A stretch of DNA of 63,344 bases, counting the filler. It is 9 parts of 9 records of this genome, joined end to end, with 100 filler letters (N's around TTAATTAATTAA, not from the genome) between each part and the next. Parts side by side here need not be neighbours in the genome. Positions count along the whole stretch, not along the records: positions 52,859 to 57,999 come from SRR31147125_67600; positions 58,100 to 63,344 come from SRR31147125_67649; 7 more parts are not named here. One strand, written 5' to 3'. Shown here piece by piece: positions 53,117-63,344 of this stretch. The translations under genes and the position numbers were made by a program. Below the pieces are notes generated by a model. The model saw only the letters and a program-made list of their open reading frames with translations, was not told the DNA's origin and did no database searches. Each line of letters starts with the position of its first letter. Within the stretch, counting starts at the first letter, position 1.

Positions 53117-54255
53117 CTATAATTTCGTTGAAAGTCCGTTGTTAAAGGCGTTTGGCACCATACAGTGTTGACGAAGAAAATGATCTGCAATGACAAGATA
53201 GAGCATGGCCCGGCACACCGGATTGATTCTTGGAATGGCACTGATGTCATGACGCCCCTGGGTGGAGATGGTTCGAACATTTCCATTTTCATCCACTGTC
53301 ATCTGTTCTTTTAATATGGAGGGGATCGGTTTGACATGGACACGAACAATAATGTCGTCCCCATTTGAAATGCCGGCCAAGATGCCGCCACTGTTGTTAC
53401 TCTCAAATCCATCCGGAGTCATCTGATCGTTATTTTCAAAGCCGGTTTTATTCGCCGCCTCACAACCGGCACCGATCTCAACGGCTTTGACGGCACCAAT
53501 GCTCATCATTGCTTTTGCAATATCTGCGTCCAATTTATCGAACACCGGATCCCCTAATCCGGCAGGCACATTGCGGGCAACAATTTCAAGTACTCCCCCA
53601 AGTGAATCCCCAGCCTTTTTCACCTCTGCAATGCGCCCCACCATTAATGACAAGGCTGTTTCATCCGGGCACTCCATGGAGTTGGTTCCGGCAAAAGCCC
53701 TGTTTCTCTCTTTGACTGCAACCCCCCCAAAGCAATGGTCATGGATTCAATAACCACCCCTTTTCCGGAGTGCTCGCTTGTTCTCTCTTTAGATGTCTTA
53801 CCGGCACAATAGTGAGACAAAACCGCTTCGGCAACAGCACCGGCTGCCACACGCGCGGCTGTTTCCCTGGCAGATGATCGTCCTCCTCCGCGATAATCCC
53901 GAACACCATATTTGGCCTGGTAGGTGATATCGCCATGTCCCGGTCTGAATAAATCGGCTATCTTGGAGTAATCTCTGGACTTTGCATCTTGGTTTCTGAT
54001 CTCAATGCTGATGGGGGTGCCGGTTGTTTTTCCTTCAAATACGCCGGATAAAATTTCCGGTGTGTCGGGCTCTTTTCGTTTCGTGCTGGTACTGCCCTTT
54101 CCCGGTTTTCTTTTATCAAGCGCCTTCTGAAGCATGGACTCATCCAAAGGAACCCCCGGCGGGCATCCCTGGATGACAACACCCAACGCTTTTCCGTGGG
54201 ATTCTCCCCAGGTGGTGACTTGAAATGCTTTTCCAAAGCTGCTGCCCGACATCAT
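53117..54255 (-). CDS. aroC: Chorismate synthase (frameshift(s) around 53700-53730)
   Basis: [38 protein letters not shown]. Confidence 0.93.
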
Positions 54256-55538
54256 GCACCTCCAAGGGACTCAAATTTATCCCAATAGACAGGAAATGAT
54301 TTGGCGACACAGTCTTCATTTTCTATCTCCACCCCTTCCACGCGCAAGCCGGCAATGGAAAAGGCCATGGCAATGCGATGATCGTTAAAGGTTTCGATCA
54401 TGGCTCCTTTATGGGCATCCCCCCCGGTTACGATCAGCCAATCATCACCTTCCGAAGCCTCCACGCCCATTTTTCTAAGCTGAGAAACCACGGCACTGAT
54501 TCGGTCGCACTCTTTTTCCCTTAAATGGGCAATGTTAACCACTTTTGTGGTACCTTTCGCAAAGGATGCCACCACAGCCAGGGTGGGCACCACATCGGGG
54601 ATATCCGACATATCCACTTCCACGGCAGTAAGCTCTCCCCCGCAAACCCCAACGCCCTTGGCGGACTCATCAACGCGGCACCCCATCTGCTTGAAGATTT
54701 CCACCAACCGCTTGTCCCCTTGTAAAGAATTTTGATTGATATCCGTCACCGTGATCATTTCACCGCTCACCGCGCCGGCAGCCCAAAAATAGCTGGCATT
54801 GGAGAGATCCGGCTCCACAATATAGTGCCCGGCCTGGTAAGTTTGGTTCCCGGGTACGCGGTAAAAGGTATCGGTGATACGCTCTGCTTTAACGCCGAAC
54901 TGCTTCATGATATCAAGCGTCAGATCGACATAGGGGGCGGACACGGCTTTACCGGGTAGCGTAATGGCAACCCCTTTTGGAAGAACGGCTCCCATCATGA
55001 GCATGGCAGACAGATATTGGCTGCTTTGGGAGCAATCCAAAGCAATCTCTCCGCCCTGGGCGTCTTTCCCGCCTGTAATGATGACAGGAGGCGCCCCGGT
55101 TCCTTTTTGGGAAATCGCTTGAACACCGGCCATTTTCAATGCATCCAGCAGATCGCTCATGGGGCGTTCCTGCATCCGCTTGTCCCCGGTCAAGGTGTAT
55201 GGTGAGGTGCCAAGCCCTGCAATGCCCGCCAGCAGGCGCATGGACGTACCGGAATTTCCCAAGTAGATTTCTTCAGAGAAAGCCTTTGGCTTCCCTCCGA
55301 CACCTTCCACCTCAACCACGTCCCCCTCCCGGAGAACCGAAATCTCTTTAGACATCATGGCCCCCATGCAGGATAGTGCCGTCATGGTGTGTTGAATGTC
55401 CTCACTGTTGAGAAGGTTTTTTACGGTGGATTGGCCCGAAGCCAAAGAGGCGCAAATCAACATCCGGTGAGAAATACTTTTCGATCCCGGAATTGAGATG
55501 GTGGCCGGAACAATGTTCCTCTTTTTTATTGATTTCAT
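54252..55538 (-). CDS. aroA: EPSP synthase
   Basis: [36 protein letters not shown]. Confidence 0.95.
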   Translation of the reverse strand: MKSIKKRNIVPATISIPGSKSISHRMLICASLASGQSTVKNLLNSEDIQHTMTALSCMGAMMSKEISVLREGDVVEVEGVGGKPKAFSEEIYLGNSGTSMRLLAGIAGLGTSPYTLTGDKRMQERPMSDLLDALKMAGVQAISQKGTGAPPVIITGGKDAQGGEIALDCSQSSQYLSAMLMMGAVLPKGVAITLPGKAVSAPYVDLTLDIMKQFGVKAERITDTFYRVPGNQTYQAGHYIVEPDLSNASYFWAAGAVSGEMITVTDINQNSLQGDKRLVEIFKQMGCRVDESAKGVGVCGGELTAVEVDMSDIPDVVPTLAVVASFAKGTTKVVNIAHLREKECDRISAVVSQLRKMGVEASEGDDWLIVTGGDAHKGAMIETFNDHRIAMAFSIAGLRVEGVEIENEDCVAKSFPVYWDKFESLGGA

Positions 55539-56419
55539 GACTGCTTTTCCCTTAATCTTTTTTCTATGATTTCTCTCATGAGTGAAACAGATGGATATTC
55601 TCCTGTAAACAATTGAAATTGTTCAGCCCCTTGATAAACGAACATAGCAAGCCCATCTACCGTACGACATCCACTATTTTGGGCATCTCGAAGTAATTTT
55701 GTATGCAATGGATTGTAAACAATATCCATTACCGTTATCGGCTCATTCCTGTCTCCATCCGTCGTCATCTTTTTAGCCAAATGACCGAAAAACAGCTCGG
55801 CATCCAGAGGAGAGGTATTGACACGGGGCGTCATTCCCAATGAGGTGCAGTTGATCACGATATCCATATCGACAAAATCAGATTGACATTTGTCAAACCG
55901 ATTCGAAGGGACAAACGTCCCTCCGACTTGATTGGCAAGTCTCTCCCCTTTTGATTTATCTCTATTAATTATGGTGATAATCCCCTCTTCTCTTGCAATT
56001 CCAAAAGCAACCGCCCGAGCCCCTCCCCCGGCACCGATGATCAAAACCTTTCGTTCCTTAATTTGGGCGACCTCTTTTAACGGTATGATGGCCCCATCAC
56101 AATCGGTATTGATTCCAACTAAATGTCCCCCTTTGTTGACCACCGTGTTAACGGCGCCTATTTTTTTTGCCATCGGATCGATCTCATCCAGATGCTCCAT
56201 AATGGATACTTTATGAGGGATGGTTACGGAAACGCCATGAAGATCAAGTGTTCGAATGGCATCAACCCCTTTTTGTATATCATCGATTTCAAATGCAAGA
56301 TAAACGGCATCCATCCCCATTTGACGAATCAGGCTATTATGAATGAGCGGTCCCATGGAGTGGGAAACCGGTTTTCCGAAAAGCCCGTATAATGACGTTT
56401 GAGGTGATATTTTTACCAT
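55535..56419 (-). CDS. aroE: Shikimate dehydrogenase
   Basis: SVTIPHK, IGAVNT, NTDCDG, GAGGGARA, DIVYNP. Confidence 0.95.
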   Translation of the reverse strand: MVKISPQTSLYGLFGKPVSHSMGPLIHNSLIRQMGMDAVYLAFEIDDIQKGVDAIRTLDLHGVSVTIPHKVSIMEHLDEIDPMAKKIGAVNTVVNKGGHLVGINTDCDGAIIPLKEVAQIKERKVLIIGAGGGARAVAFGIAREEGIITIINRDKSKGERLANQVGGTFVPSNRFDKCQSDFVDMDIVINCTSLGMTPRVNTSPLDAELFFGHLAKKMTTDGDRNEPITVMDIVYNPLHTKLLRDAQNSGCRTVDGLAMFVYQGAEQFQLFTGEYPSVSLMREIIEKRLREKQS

Positions 56420-56462
56420 CTGTTTTTCTCCTTCTCTATATCCATATGAAAATGCGGTACGA

Positions 56463-57585
56463 TTATCGCTTAAACGCCGGGTAAGATCCCAGATGTTTGA
56501 TGTGGAGACAATGAGGTTTCATCTTCTCAATAGCCTCGGCCACCTCAGGATCACCCATGTGCCCCTCGATATCCATGAAAAAGTTATAGCTCCAGTTTTC
56601 ATGACGGGTGGGGCGGGACTCCAATTTGACCATGTTCAAATTGGCTTGTTTGATGGGATCTAATGCCATGAACAGTGCGCCCGGCACATGGGACGTGACA
56701 AACATGATAGAGGTTTTGTCTTTACCGGAAGGGGGGCTTCATCTTGGCCGATAACCAAAAACCGGGTCACATTGCCCTGATGATCTTCAATTTTGGACTC
56801 CACCTCCTGAAGTCCGTAAATATGGGCGGCCTTTGCCGTGACAATGGCTGCCACCGTGGGATCGGCGCATGCTTTGTGTGCGGCAGCCGCACTGGTAGCG
56901 ATCTCATGGATCTCCACATCCGGCAATTTTTTTCCCAACCAACCGCGGCACTGGGCAATGGATTGGGGTTTCGCATAAATTTTTTTCACATTTTGAATAT
57001 TCCCGGTGACGGAGAGCAAATCGTAGGAGACCTGTTCATAATATTCAGAAAGAATATTCAGAGAATATTCGGAAAAGAGATCAAGAGTGTGGCTGACCGC
57101 TCCGTCAATGGAATTTTCAACAGGAACGACACCGTATCGACTCTCCTTTTTATCCACCTGTTTAAATACGTCCCGAATGGTTGCTTGTCGTACAAATTGG
57201 CCTGAATGGCTGAAAAGATTCAAAGCAGCCACATGCGTATTTCCCGCTTCCGGGCCGGGATAGGCGATGATGTTGGATTTTTGAATCTCTTTGGTGGCCG
57301 TCATGATTACATTGAAAAGATATCGCACCAGATCTTCCGTGGCAGGTCCGTCATTTTGTTCACAAAGCCGTTGGAGGACCTCTTTTTCCCGACTCCGATC
57401 AAGGACGCTGGATCCTTGTCTTTTTTCACGTCTCCAATCCGGCCTCCCAGACTCAACCGACGATTGATCAATCCAAGGATTTGATCGTCGATACCATCGA
57501 TCTCTGCACGTAACTGATCGAGATTGAGGGAAGATGAATCACGTTCTCCCGACGGTTGCGGTTTGTTTGATTCCAGTGGTTCCAT
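56463..57585 (-). CDS. pheA: Chorismate mutase/prephenate dehydratase (frameshifts near 57385 and 56730)
   Basis: LRAEIDGIDDQILGLINRR (CM); VPVENSIDG, NVTRFLVIG, KLESRP (PDT-ACT). Confidence 0.92.
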
Positions 57586-57601
57586 TCTGATAACTCCTTG
57601 C

Positions 57602-57648
57602 AAAAAAGGCTGCAGAAAGAAAACATCACGTTGTTTCTCTGCAGCCTT
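57602..57648 (-). terminator. Attenuator terminator immediately 5' of the pheA RBS
   Basis: Minus strand AAGGCTGCAGAGAAACA...TGTTTTCTTTCTGCAGCCTTTTTT, followed by GCAAGGAG. Confidence 0.8.
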
Positions 57649-57655
57649 AAAGCAA

Positions 57656-57697
57656 AAACGCCACAGAGACTTGTTTTCCAGTCTGCTGCGGCGTTTG
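57656..57697 (-). promoter_or_regulatory. Upstream leader hairpin (pause or alternative structure)
   Basis: AAACGCCGCAGCAGACT-GGAAAACA-AGTCTCTGTGGCGTTT, followed by a T-rich tract. Confidence 0.65.
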
Positions 57698-57721
57698 ATG
57701 TCCTTTATTTCTATGAAAGCG

Positions 57722-57808
57722 CTAAAAAAACCATCCCCTCAACAGACCGGTATTAAAAAAATACCCGAAATAAAAATAAAAAAAGTCTGTAAAGAGAAAT
57801 CGAAACAT
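57722..57808 (-). CDS. Aromatic-amino-acid attenuator leader peptide (pheL-like, 28 aa)
   Basis: AGGT RBS; MFRFLFTDFFYFYFGYFFNTGLLRGWFF* (11 Phe, 3 Tyr, 1 Trp). Confidence 0.88.
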   Translation of the reverse strand: MFRFLFTDFFYFYFGYFFNTGLLRGWFF

Positions 57809-58531
57809 GTTTACCTAAACATTAATTTTTTTAAAAGTCCCTGCTGTTGCAGGTTCCGGACTTTTAGGGTTTGTTGTGTCAGCGGCCTGTCACGGCCATT
57901 CCTTACTTCCACATAAAATATTTCTAATGAATGATACGCTTAATTTACGATTGAAATATACGTCAAGCTTTTCAATGTCAAGTATTTTGTCGTTGGGGGN
58001 NNNNNNNNNNNNNNNNNNNNNNNNNNNNNNNNNNNNNNNNNNNTTAATTAATTAANNNNNNNNNNNNNNNNNNNNNNNNNNNNNNNNNNNNNNNNNNNNC
58101 TTTATCATTTTTAAGGGGACTAAAATGATAAAACAAAAAGCACACTAATGGTTAGATTAACTATCCTTTTCGTGTGCTTTTTTTATTTATTGGGGACCCG
58201 GGTTGATTTTTAAGCTGTTTCACCTTTATTTTTAATTATTGTGCTACTACCTGTTTTAATGAAAGAGGTTAATAATGTATTCTAACTTTCTTGAAAAAAT
58301 AGGATTTCACAAAACTTTAACTTCCTAACAATGTGAATTTTGGTGGCCAAAATAAGTATAATTTGCAGCTTATTCTGTTTTGGACAATAAATAGGTTATA
58401 AAAAACAATACATTACACATGGTTAGGACATACTCAAAATACTGGGCTTGTAATTATATAATAAACAATAGTATCTGAGTTTTGTGAAACCCGATTTTTG
58501 TAAAATAAATTTGAAAAGGAGGTGACGAAAC

Positions 58532-59467
58532 ATGAAAAAAATAATTTTTTCAACTATTCTGATCCTGTGTTTTATAGCAACGAACTCCAATCCCCAAACC
58601 CCAAATGCTTCTGATTATTTCCCGCTTCAAGTCGGTAACACGTGGATTTATGATTACTATCAATGGCCTGACGTGTTCGTTCTGCAAGACACTATTTCAA
58701 TCATAGATTCCCTTTCTATCGAAAATAAAACATATTTTCTTTTCGACAAGTACTTTACCAGTAAACTTCATCTGTTGGAAGATTCCGTTTATTTAAGAGT
58801 CGAAACGAATAAAGTGTATCGATATAAGGATAATCATGAGGAGGAGTGGTTTAATCTTGCGGCACATGAAGGGGATAGCTGGCAAAGGGAAATCTATATT
58901 CCGCCTCTTGACTCGCTGGTGTTTGTAAAGGTAACATTGAACCAACAAAATTTTTCCCTTTCAATTAATAACCGCACCTTTGAAAAGTGTTACAGTTTTG
59001 GTTTTTATTTTGGGCCTGATTATGGTTGGTCTTATGTCTTGGCACCACAAGTGGGTTGTGTATTATTTGGCATTGGTGCCATTTTGCCAGGAAAGTATAT
59101 TTTCCGAAGCGGCGCTATCAATGGAGTTTACTATCCTGATTTGGTTACTTTGGTTGAAGGAAAAGATAAATTGAAGCCTAATTCCGTTAATGAATCCGTG
59201 CTTTCTGTTTACCCAAATCCTTTTAATTGTGCAACCAGGATCATTATTAACACTCCAAAAGCTCCGGGATCTATCAAGCAGCAGCTTTACATCTGTGATA
59301 TTACAGGAAGAACAGTAAAAACGTTTTCCATAAATCCGGAAGAGACAGCCCAAATCATCTGGAATGGTGAAAACGACCATGGTACGGTCATGCCATCAGG
59401 AGTCTATCTCGCTGTCTTTTATTTTGATAACAAGTATGTAACTAAAAAAATGGTATTTGTACAATAA
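58532..59467 (+). CDS. Secreted protein with C-terminal T9SS-type/FlgD-Ig sorting domain
   Basis: Signal peptide, YFPLQVGNTWIY, YPNPFN...DITGRTVKT...WNGEND...PSGVY. Confidence 0.85.
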   Translation: MKKIIFSTILILCFIATNSNPQTPNASDYFPLQVGNTWIYDYYQWPDVFVLQDTISIIDSLSIENKTYFLFDKYFTSKLHLLEDSVYLRVETNKVYRYKDNHEEEWFNLAAHEGDSWQREIYIPPLDSLVFVKVTLNQQNFSLSINNRTFEKCYSFGFYFGPDYGWSYVLAPQVGCVLFGIGAILPGKYIFRSGAINGVYYPDLVTLVEGKDKLKPNSVNESVLSVYPNPFNCATRIIINTPKAPGSIKQQLYICDITGRTVKTFSINPEETAQIIWNGENDHGTVMPSGVYLAVFYFDNKYVTKKMVFVQ

Positions 59468-59488
59468 TACCAAAAGGAGGAACAACCA

Positions 59489-59746
59489 ATGAGAAGCATT
59501 ATTAAAATTGCTGTCTTGTTGCTTATTTCTATGCTATGCAACTTTTCTTTTGCCAACTTGAGTCACATAAAAACTTATCCCGGCTACAAATTGAATGATT
59601 CTGTAGGAAAACTGGCCAATTTGGAAACAGCCCAAATTAAAGCTCTACTCGCAAGGGATTTACTCCCTCGTGATTTTTTCCATGGAATCCCTTGCGGAAT
59701 CAATGAAAAAGGGATTGCATCCCTAACCAGGTTCAAAGTTGTTTGA
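59489..59746 (+). CDS. Short exported hypothetical protein, possibly truncated
   Basis: AAGGAGG RBS and signal peptide; ends after 85 aa. Confidence 0.5.
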   Translation: MRSIIKIAVLLLISMLCNFSFANLSHIKTYPGYKLNDSVGKLANLETAQIKALLARDLLPRDFFHGIPCGINEKGIASLTRFKVV

Positions 59747-60172
59747 GATTTATTTTAAGTGAACTATGCCCCATCTGAATTAATTAAAACAGATTACCTT
59801 TTAATGCACGCACCTTCCGCACATAATTATACTCGCACAAAAATTCAAATCATTTCCAATTTATCGATATTTATAATTGAATTATCATCAAGAAGATAAT
59901 TCCATCATTTTCAATTACTCTATGTGGCTCCATTTTTTGCTCTTTAAATGAGTATCGGGAGGAATTCAATTCCTGATTTATTTATGCTGCAATGGATTAC
60001 ATGAAAAAAAGCATATTGGGGTAAATCCCTTGCGAGCGAATACAACGATAAAGGATGATGTTACCTGGCTCTTTATTGAATCTTTTTACAATGATTATAA
60101 AACAAATCCCATAAAAATTGCTGAACGAAAAAGAGCAGAGTCGTAAAAAACAACTCTGCTCTGAATAATAAA

Positions 60173-60835
60173 TTACAGTTTCTTTTTGCTAAAATACCAA
60201 TCCGTGTAATTGTACCCCTCGGATTGTCTCTTTTCGGCAGCTTCCTGTGTGGCTGGTGGTGGAACGATAACCTCTTCACCAGGTTGCCAGTTTTCCGGTG
60301 TGGCGACACCGTTTGCTTCTGACGTTTGCAGCGCGGTCACAATCCGCAATACCTCATCAATGCTTCTGCCGTTTGACAAGGGATAATAGATCATGGCTTT
60401 GAGGATACCCTTGTCATCAATAATAAAAACAGCCCTGACCGCGGATGTATCTGATTCACCCGGGTGAACCATGCCATACAGTTTGGCGACGTTCATATCC
60501 AAATCAGCGATAACCGGAAACGGGATCTCCACATTAAAATTATCTTTGATATTGCGTACCCAGGCCAGATGTGAGTAAATACTGTCAATACTCAGACCGA
60601 TGATCTTTGTATTGATTTTTTTAAACTCTTCATTCTTTTTCGCAAAAGCGATAAATTCGGTTGTACATACTGGCGTAAAATCAGCCGGATGAGAGAAAAG
60701 TACAACCCATTGCCCCTTGTAATCGGACAGTTTTATTTTTCCATGAGTCGTTTTGGCAGTAAAATCCGGTGCGGGTTCATTGAGTTTTGGTAAACTGGTG
60801 ACTTTTTCTTCCATTGAGGTATCCTCCTTGATCAT
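60173..60835 (-). CDS. Peroxiredoxin (Prx6/1-Cys type)
   Basis: FSHPADFTPVCTTE, VRAVFIID, YYPLSNGR, ATPENW. Confidence 0.93.
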   Translation of the reverse strand: MIKEDTSMEEKVTSLPKLNEPAPDFTAKTTHGKIKLSDYKGQWVVLFSHPADFTPVCTTEFIAFAKKNEEFKKINTKIIGLSIDSIYSHLAWVRNIKDNFNVEIPFPVIADLDMNVAKLYGMVHPGESDTSAVRAVFIIDDKGILKAMIYYPLSNGRSIDEVLRIVTALQTSEANGVATPENWQPGEEVIVPPPATQEAAEKRQSEGYNYTDWYFSKKKL

Positions 60836-60901
60836 TTGTATTGTTTGTTGTGTTTACCTCTTTAGATGACCAGGAGGAATAAAAGATACAAATATTTATT
60901 A

Positions 60902-60920
60902 AATAATAATAATTATTATT
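60902..60920. promoter_or_regulatory. Fur/PerR-like box between perR and prx
   Basis: AATAATAATAATTATTATT, 15/19 identical to the Fur consensus GATAATGATAATCATTATC; AT-rich context weakens the match. Confidence 0.45.
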
Positions 60921-61368
60921 TAATGTCGTTTTCACTTAAACACTTTTCACAAATGACATTAAAATGGACACTGAAATCAACAAATTTATTATTCCTGGTA
61001 ACCGATTGGGGAATCGGTAACTTATCCAATCCGGAATCCTTTATATCCGTGATTTTATTGCATTGAGAACACACGATATGATGATGTCTTTCCGTATGGG
61101 TGTCATAACGAATGGTATTATAAAGATTGGGAACCAGAGAAATGATATTATGCTTTTCAAACGTCTCTAATGTTTTATAAACTGTGGCCAGGGCGATGGT
61201 TGGATATTCCGGATGGATTAATTTATAAATATCCTCCGGGCCCGGATGTGAATTTGATTCGAGCAGGGCTTCGTAAATGGCTATACGTTGCGGGGTTACA
61301 TTTAGACCGGCAGCCCGACACCTGTCAATAAAGTGACTGATTTTTTCTTTATATTGCGTTTTTAACAT
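60916..61368 (-). CDS. perR: PerR-like Fur-family regulator
   Basis: TPQR, HP, LATVYKTL, RYD...HHHIVCSQC..ITD, CEKC; directly upstream of a peroxiredoxin. Confidence 0.85.
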   Translation of the reverse strand: MLKTQYKEKISHFIDRCRAAGLNVTPQRIAIYEALLESNSHPGPEDIYKLIHPEYPTIALATVYKTLETFEKHNIISLVPNLYNTIRYDTHTERHHHIVCSQCNKITDIKDSGLDKLPIPQSVTRNNKFVDFSVHFNVICEKCLSENDIK

Positions 61369-61640
61369 AACATAGATTCTTTATTAGATGCTAACTGTTA
61401 TTAGAACAATTTTTATATATTTATCATTTCATATTATAATCAAAAAATTACTTTGAATGAACATAAAAAATTAATTACATTGTAAATTATTGCATATATC
61501 AAACATTCTCTGTTTACTGGAAAAGCTTTATTCCAAAAGACTATTAATGGAAAATGAATAATACATTTCCTTACCTCTTTTTATACTTTTAAGAAATTGT
61601 GACATCAAACTCTATAAAACGGAGACCCAACTCGAAAACT

Positions 61641-63143
61641 ATGGATAATTCACTTCCTGAAAACAGAAAAAACCTCTATTCCATCGGCTATCAATGCATA
61701 GTGGATAGTTTTGCAATCGGAGGTGGCTCCATTTCCGATAAAGCAGATCTTTATAAAAACGCAGTTTATGATCATAAATCTCAGCTGTTAAACTGGTCTG
61801 ATGAATATGACCGTTATTGCTATGGCTACAGTTTTTACGGTGGTGATTTACCTGGTGTATCCAATGCCATAAATAATTATCTGGCTGATTTGGGCATCAA
61901 CATGTTATACATGACGCCTGTGTTTGCTGCTGAAAGCAATCACAAGTATGACACGGTCAATTACAAAGAGATTGACAAACAATTTGGTACGCTTGATGAT
62001 TTTAAACGTGTTGTCAATACATGTCACAATCATGATATGAAACTCATACTGGACGGAGTGTTTAACCATACCAGTTCTTTGCATGAATGGTATAAAAAAG
62101 CCAAACAAGGCATAAAACCCTATTCGGACTATTATAAAAAAAACAAAGAAGGTTATTTTTTAACCTGGGCTGGTGTAAATAATCTGCCTCTTTTAAATCA
62201 CGAACATCCTGATGTGAAAAGATTGCTTTACCAGGGACATGATAGCGTCGTAGCTCACTGGCTTTCACTCGGAGCGGACGGATGGCGCCTGGATGTGGCA
62301 GAAGGACTGGGCAAAGATGTCATTCGCGATATAAAAGCAGCCATGTCAACTCAATTTAAGGACAAACTACTTTGTGGAGAGGTCGTGGACACCTATGGCA
62401 AGGATTGGATAGGAGACGATTTACTGGATGGTGTTATGAATTATGTCTTCCTGGGCACGACCGTTAATTTTCTCACAGGCAAAATAACCGGTGAAGAATA
62501 TTTACATGATCTGACCCGTATGTATAATGAATACCCACGACAGCAACTCTACACCAGCTGGAATATCATCAGCACGCACGATACTAATCGTATGTTACAG
62601 GAAGTGGATGGTAATGAAAACCTGTTCAAAATGGCGGTTTCTCTCCAGTTCACTTATCCGGGTATCCCAATGATCTACTATGGTGACGAAATAGGACTGT
62701 TGCCGGGCCAGAAAGAGATCAATAACCGAAGCGGCATGGACTGGGATCGGGTAGATCTTTTGAAACTCAAAGCCAGAGAACCCTGGAAACACACCCTGGC
62801 AATGGATTGGCAAAAGGTGAATCAATACACCAGTTATCACTTTTTTTATAAACATCTTATCTGGTTAAAAAAACAATATCCGGTTTTAACAGAGGGTGAG
62901 TTTATTCCCCTGTTTGCAAATGATACTATCATTGCCTATCTACGGAGATTGGAAGACAAACTTGCCTTTGTGCTGATAAACAGAGGTGAAACGCAAAATG
63001 TCTCGATACCTATTCCGAAAGAAATTAAAAAAATAAATCCCGTATTAAATGGCGTTCATGGGCCACTACCTAATCTGGACCTGGCGCACGACCATGTTCA
63101 AATGAATGTTTATAGTCAGAATTCGTATATTTTTGTCAGTTAG
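61641..63143 (+). CDS. GH13 alpha-glycosidase (neopullulanase/cyclomaltodextrinase-like)
   Basis: YGGDLPG, SNHKYDT, LDGVFNH, GWRLDVA, GEV, STHD, IYYGDE. Confidence 0.92.
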   Translation: MDNSLPENRKNLYSIGYQCIVDSFAIGGGSISDKADLYKNAVYDHKSQLLNWSDEYDRYCYGYSFYGGDLPGVSNAINNYLADLGINMLYMTPVFAAESNHKYDTVNYKEIDKQFGTLDDFKRVVNTCHNHDMKLILDGVFNHTSSLHEWYKKAKQGIKPYSDYYKKNKEGYFLTWAGVNNLPLLNHEHPDVKRLLYQGHDSVVAHWLSLGADGWRLDVAEGLGKDVIRDIKAAMSTQFKDKLLCGEVVDTYGKDWIGDDLLDGVMNYVFLGTTVNFLTGKITGEEYLHDLTRMYNEYPRQQLYTSWNIISTHDTNRMLQEVDGNENLFKMAVSLQFTYPGIPMIYYGDEIGLLPGQKEINNRSGMDWDRVDLLKLKAREPWKHTLAMDWQKVNQYTSYHFFYKHLIWLKKQYPVLTEGEFIPLFANDTIIAYLRRLEDKLAFVLINRGETQNVSIPIPKEIKKINPVLNGVHGPLPNLDLAHDHVQMNVYSQNSYIFVS

Positions 63144-63297
63144 CAGATTATTGCTAAAATTCAAGTACGGCTCTTTACATAACAATTGAACGGTTAGCTC
63201 AGAGAGCTAAAAAAAGAGGACTTGATTAAATTTATTAATACATGATCAGTCTGGCAATCATATGCAGGTTCAGCACTTTTGGGTTGGAAGCGAAACA

Positions 63298-63327
63298 ACC
63301 CCCTGTATCCCCTTTGCTAAGGGGACA
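63298..63327. repeat. REP-like short palindrome
   Basis: ACCCCCTGTATCCCCTTTGCTAAGGGGAC containing a CCCCTT/AAGGGG hairpin. Confidence 0.35.
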
Positions 63328-63344
63328 TTTATCTCGTTGTTTTT

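Noticed and set aside
5849-57585. Numerous split genes (rnr, two MalT/BTAD, pepN, ybbA, SpoIIE, DUF192, GNATs, aroC, pheA) as pseudogenes or programmed frameshifts
   Set aside because: The junctions I checked are repaired by one base in a short homopolymer run, across several organisms and in housekeeping genes, which points to sequencing indels.
5749-58099. Eight identical N-flanked TTAATTAATTAA segments that look like a repeat family, and any gene neighbourhoods spanning them
   Set aside because: Artificial all-frame-stop linkers joining unrelated contigs of different composition; adjacency across them has no biological meaning.
29166-60835. Two Prx6 peroxiredoxins in one window as a duplicated system
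   Set aside because: They are on unrelated contigs; the co-occurrence is coincidental.
1-63344. CRISPR arrays, tRNA/rRNA genes, transposases, integrases or phage genes
   Set aside because: I found no regularly spaced repeat-spacer units, cloverleaf/rRNA signatures or recombinase motifs by manual reading.

Overview
This window is not one locus. It is nine unrelated (metagenomic) contigs joined by artificial 100-nt linkers (N44-TTAATTAATTAA-N44). Many genes carry single-base homopolymer frameshifts that look like sequencing errors. Taxonomic labels below are impressions from gene content and composition. (1) 1-5748, Desulfobulbales-like: tail of a NrfC-type ferredoxin, a hexaheme cytochrome c, then two tandem modules of [small membrane protein - NrfD/PsrC - Cys-rich MerR]. 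(2) 5849-14756: rnr, trmJ, a MalT/BTAD activator, endonuclease III, pfk and a UGA-containing HesB-like selenoprotein. (3) 14857-27337, Desulfosarcina-like: an OvoA-type methyltransferase directly upstream of an acetylene-hydratase-like Mo/W-pterin enzyme (candidate O2-independent thiohistidine/ovothiol pathway), pepN, a radical SAM protein and ybbA-ybbP-tesA. (4) 27438-33348, Bacteroidota: LysE, an Asp-less NarL-type regulator with an exported peroxiredoxin, PHP, LytS/LytTR. (5) 33449-41165, spirochaete-like: large membrane SpoIIE phosphatase, xseAB. (6) 41266-46408: bCerS/YghO-like GNAT, a second GNAT and two cobalamin radical SAM enzymes. (7) 46509-52758: Cache/PAS kinase, and a MalT/BTAD activator divergent from a sodium:solute symporter. 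(8) 52859-57999: pheA-aroE-aroA-aroC behind an unannotated Phe/Tyr/Trp-rich attenuator leader peptide. (9) 58100-63344, FCB-like: CTD-bearing secreted protein, perR-prx, GH13.
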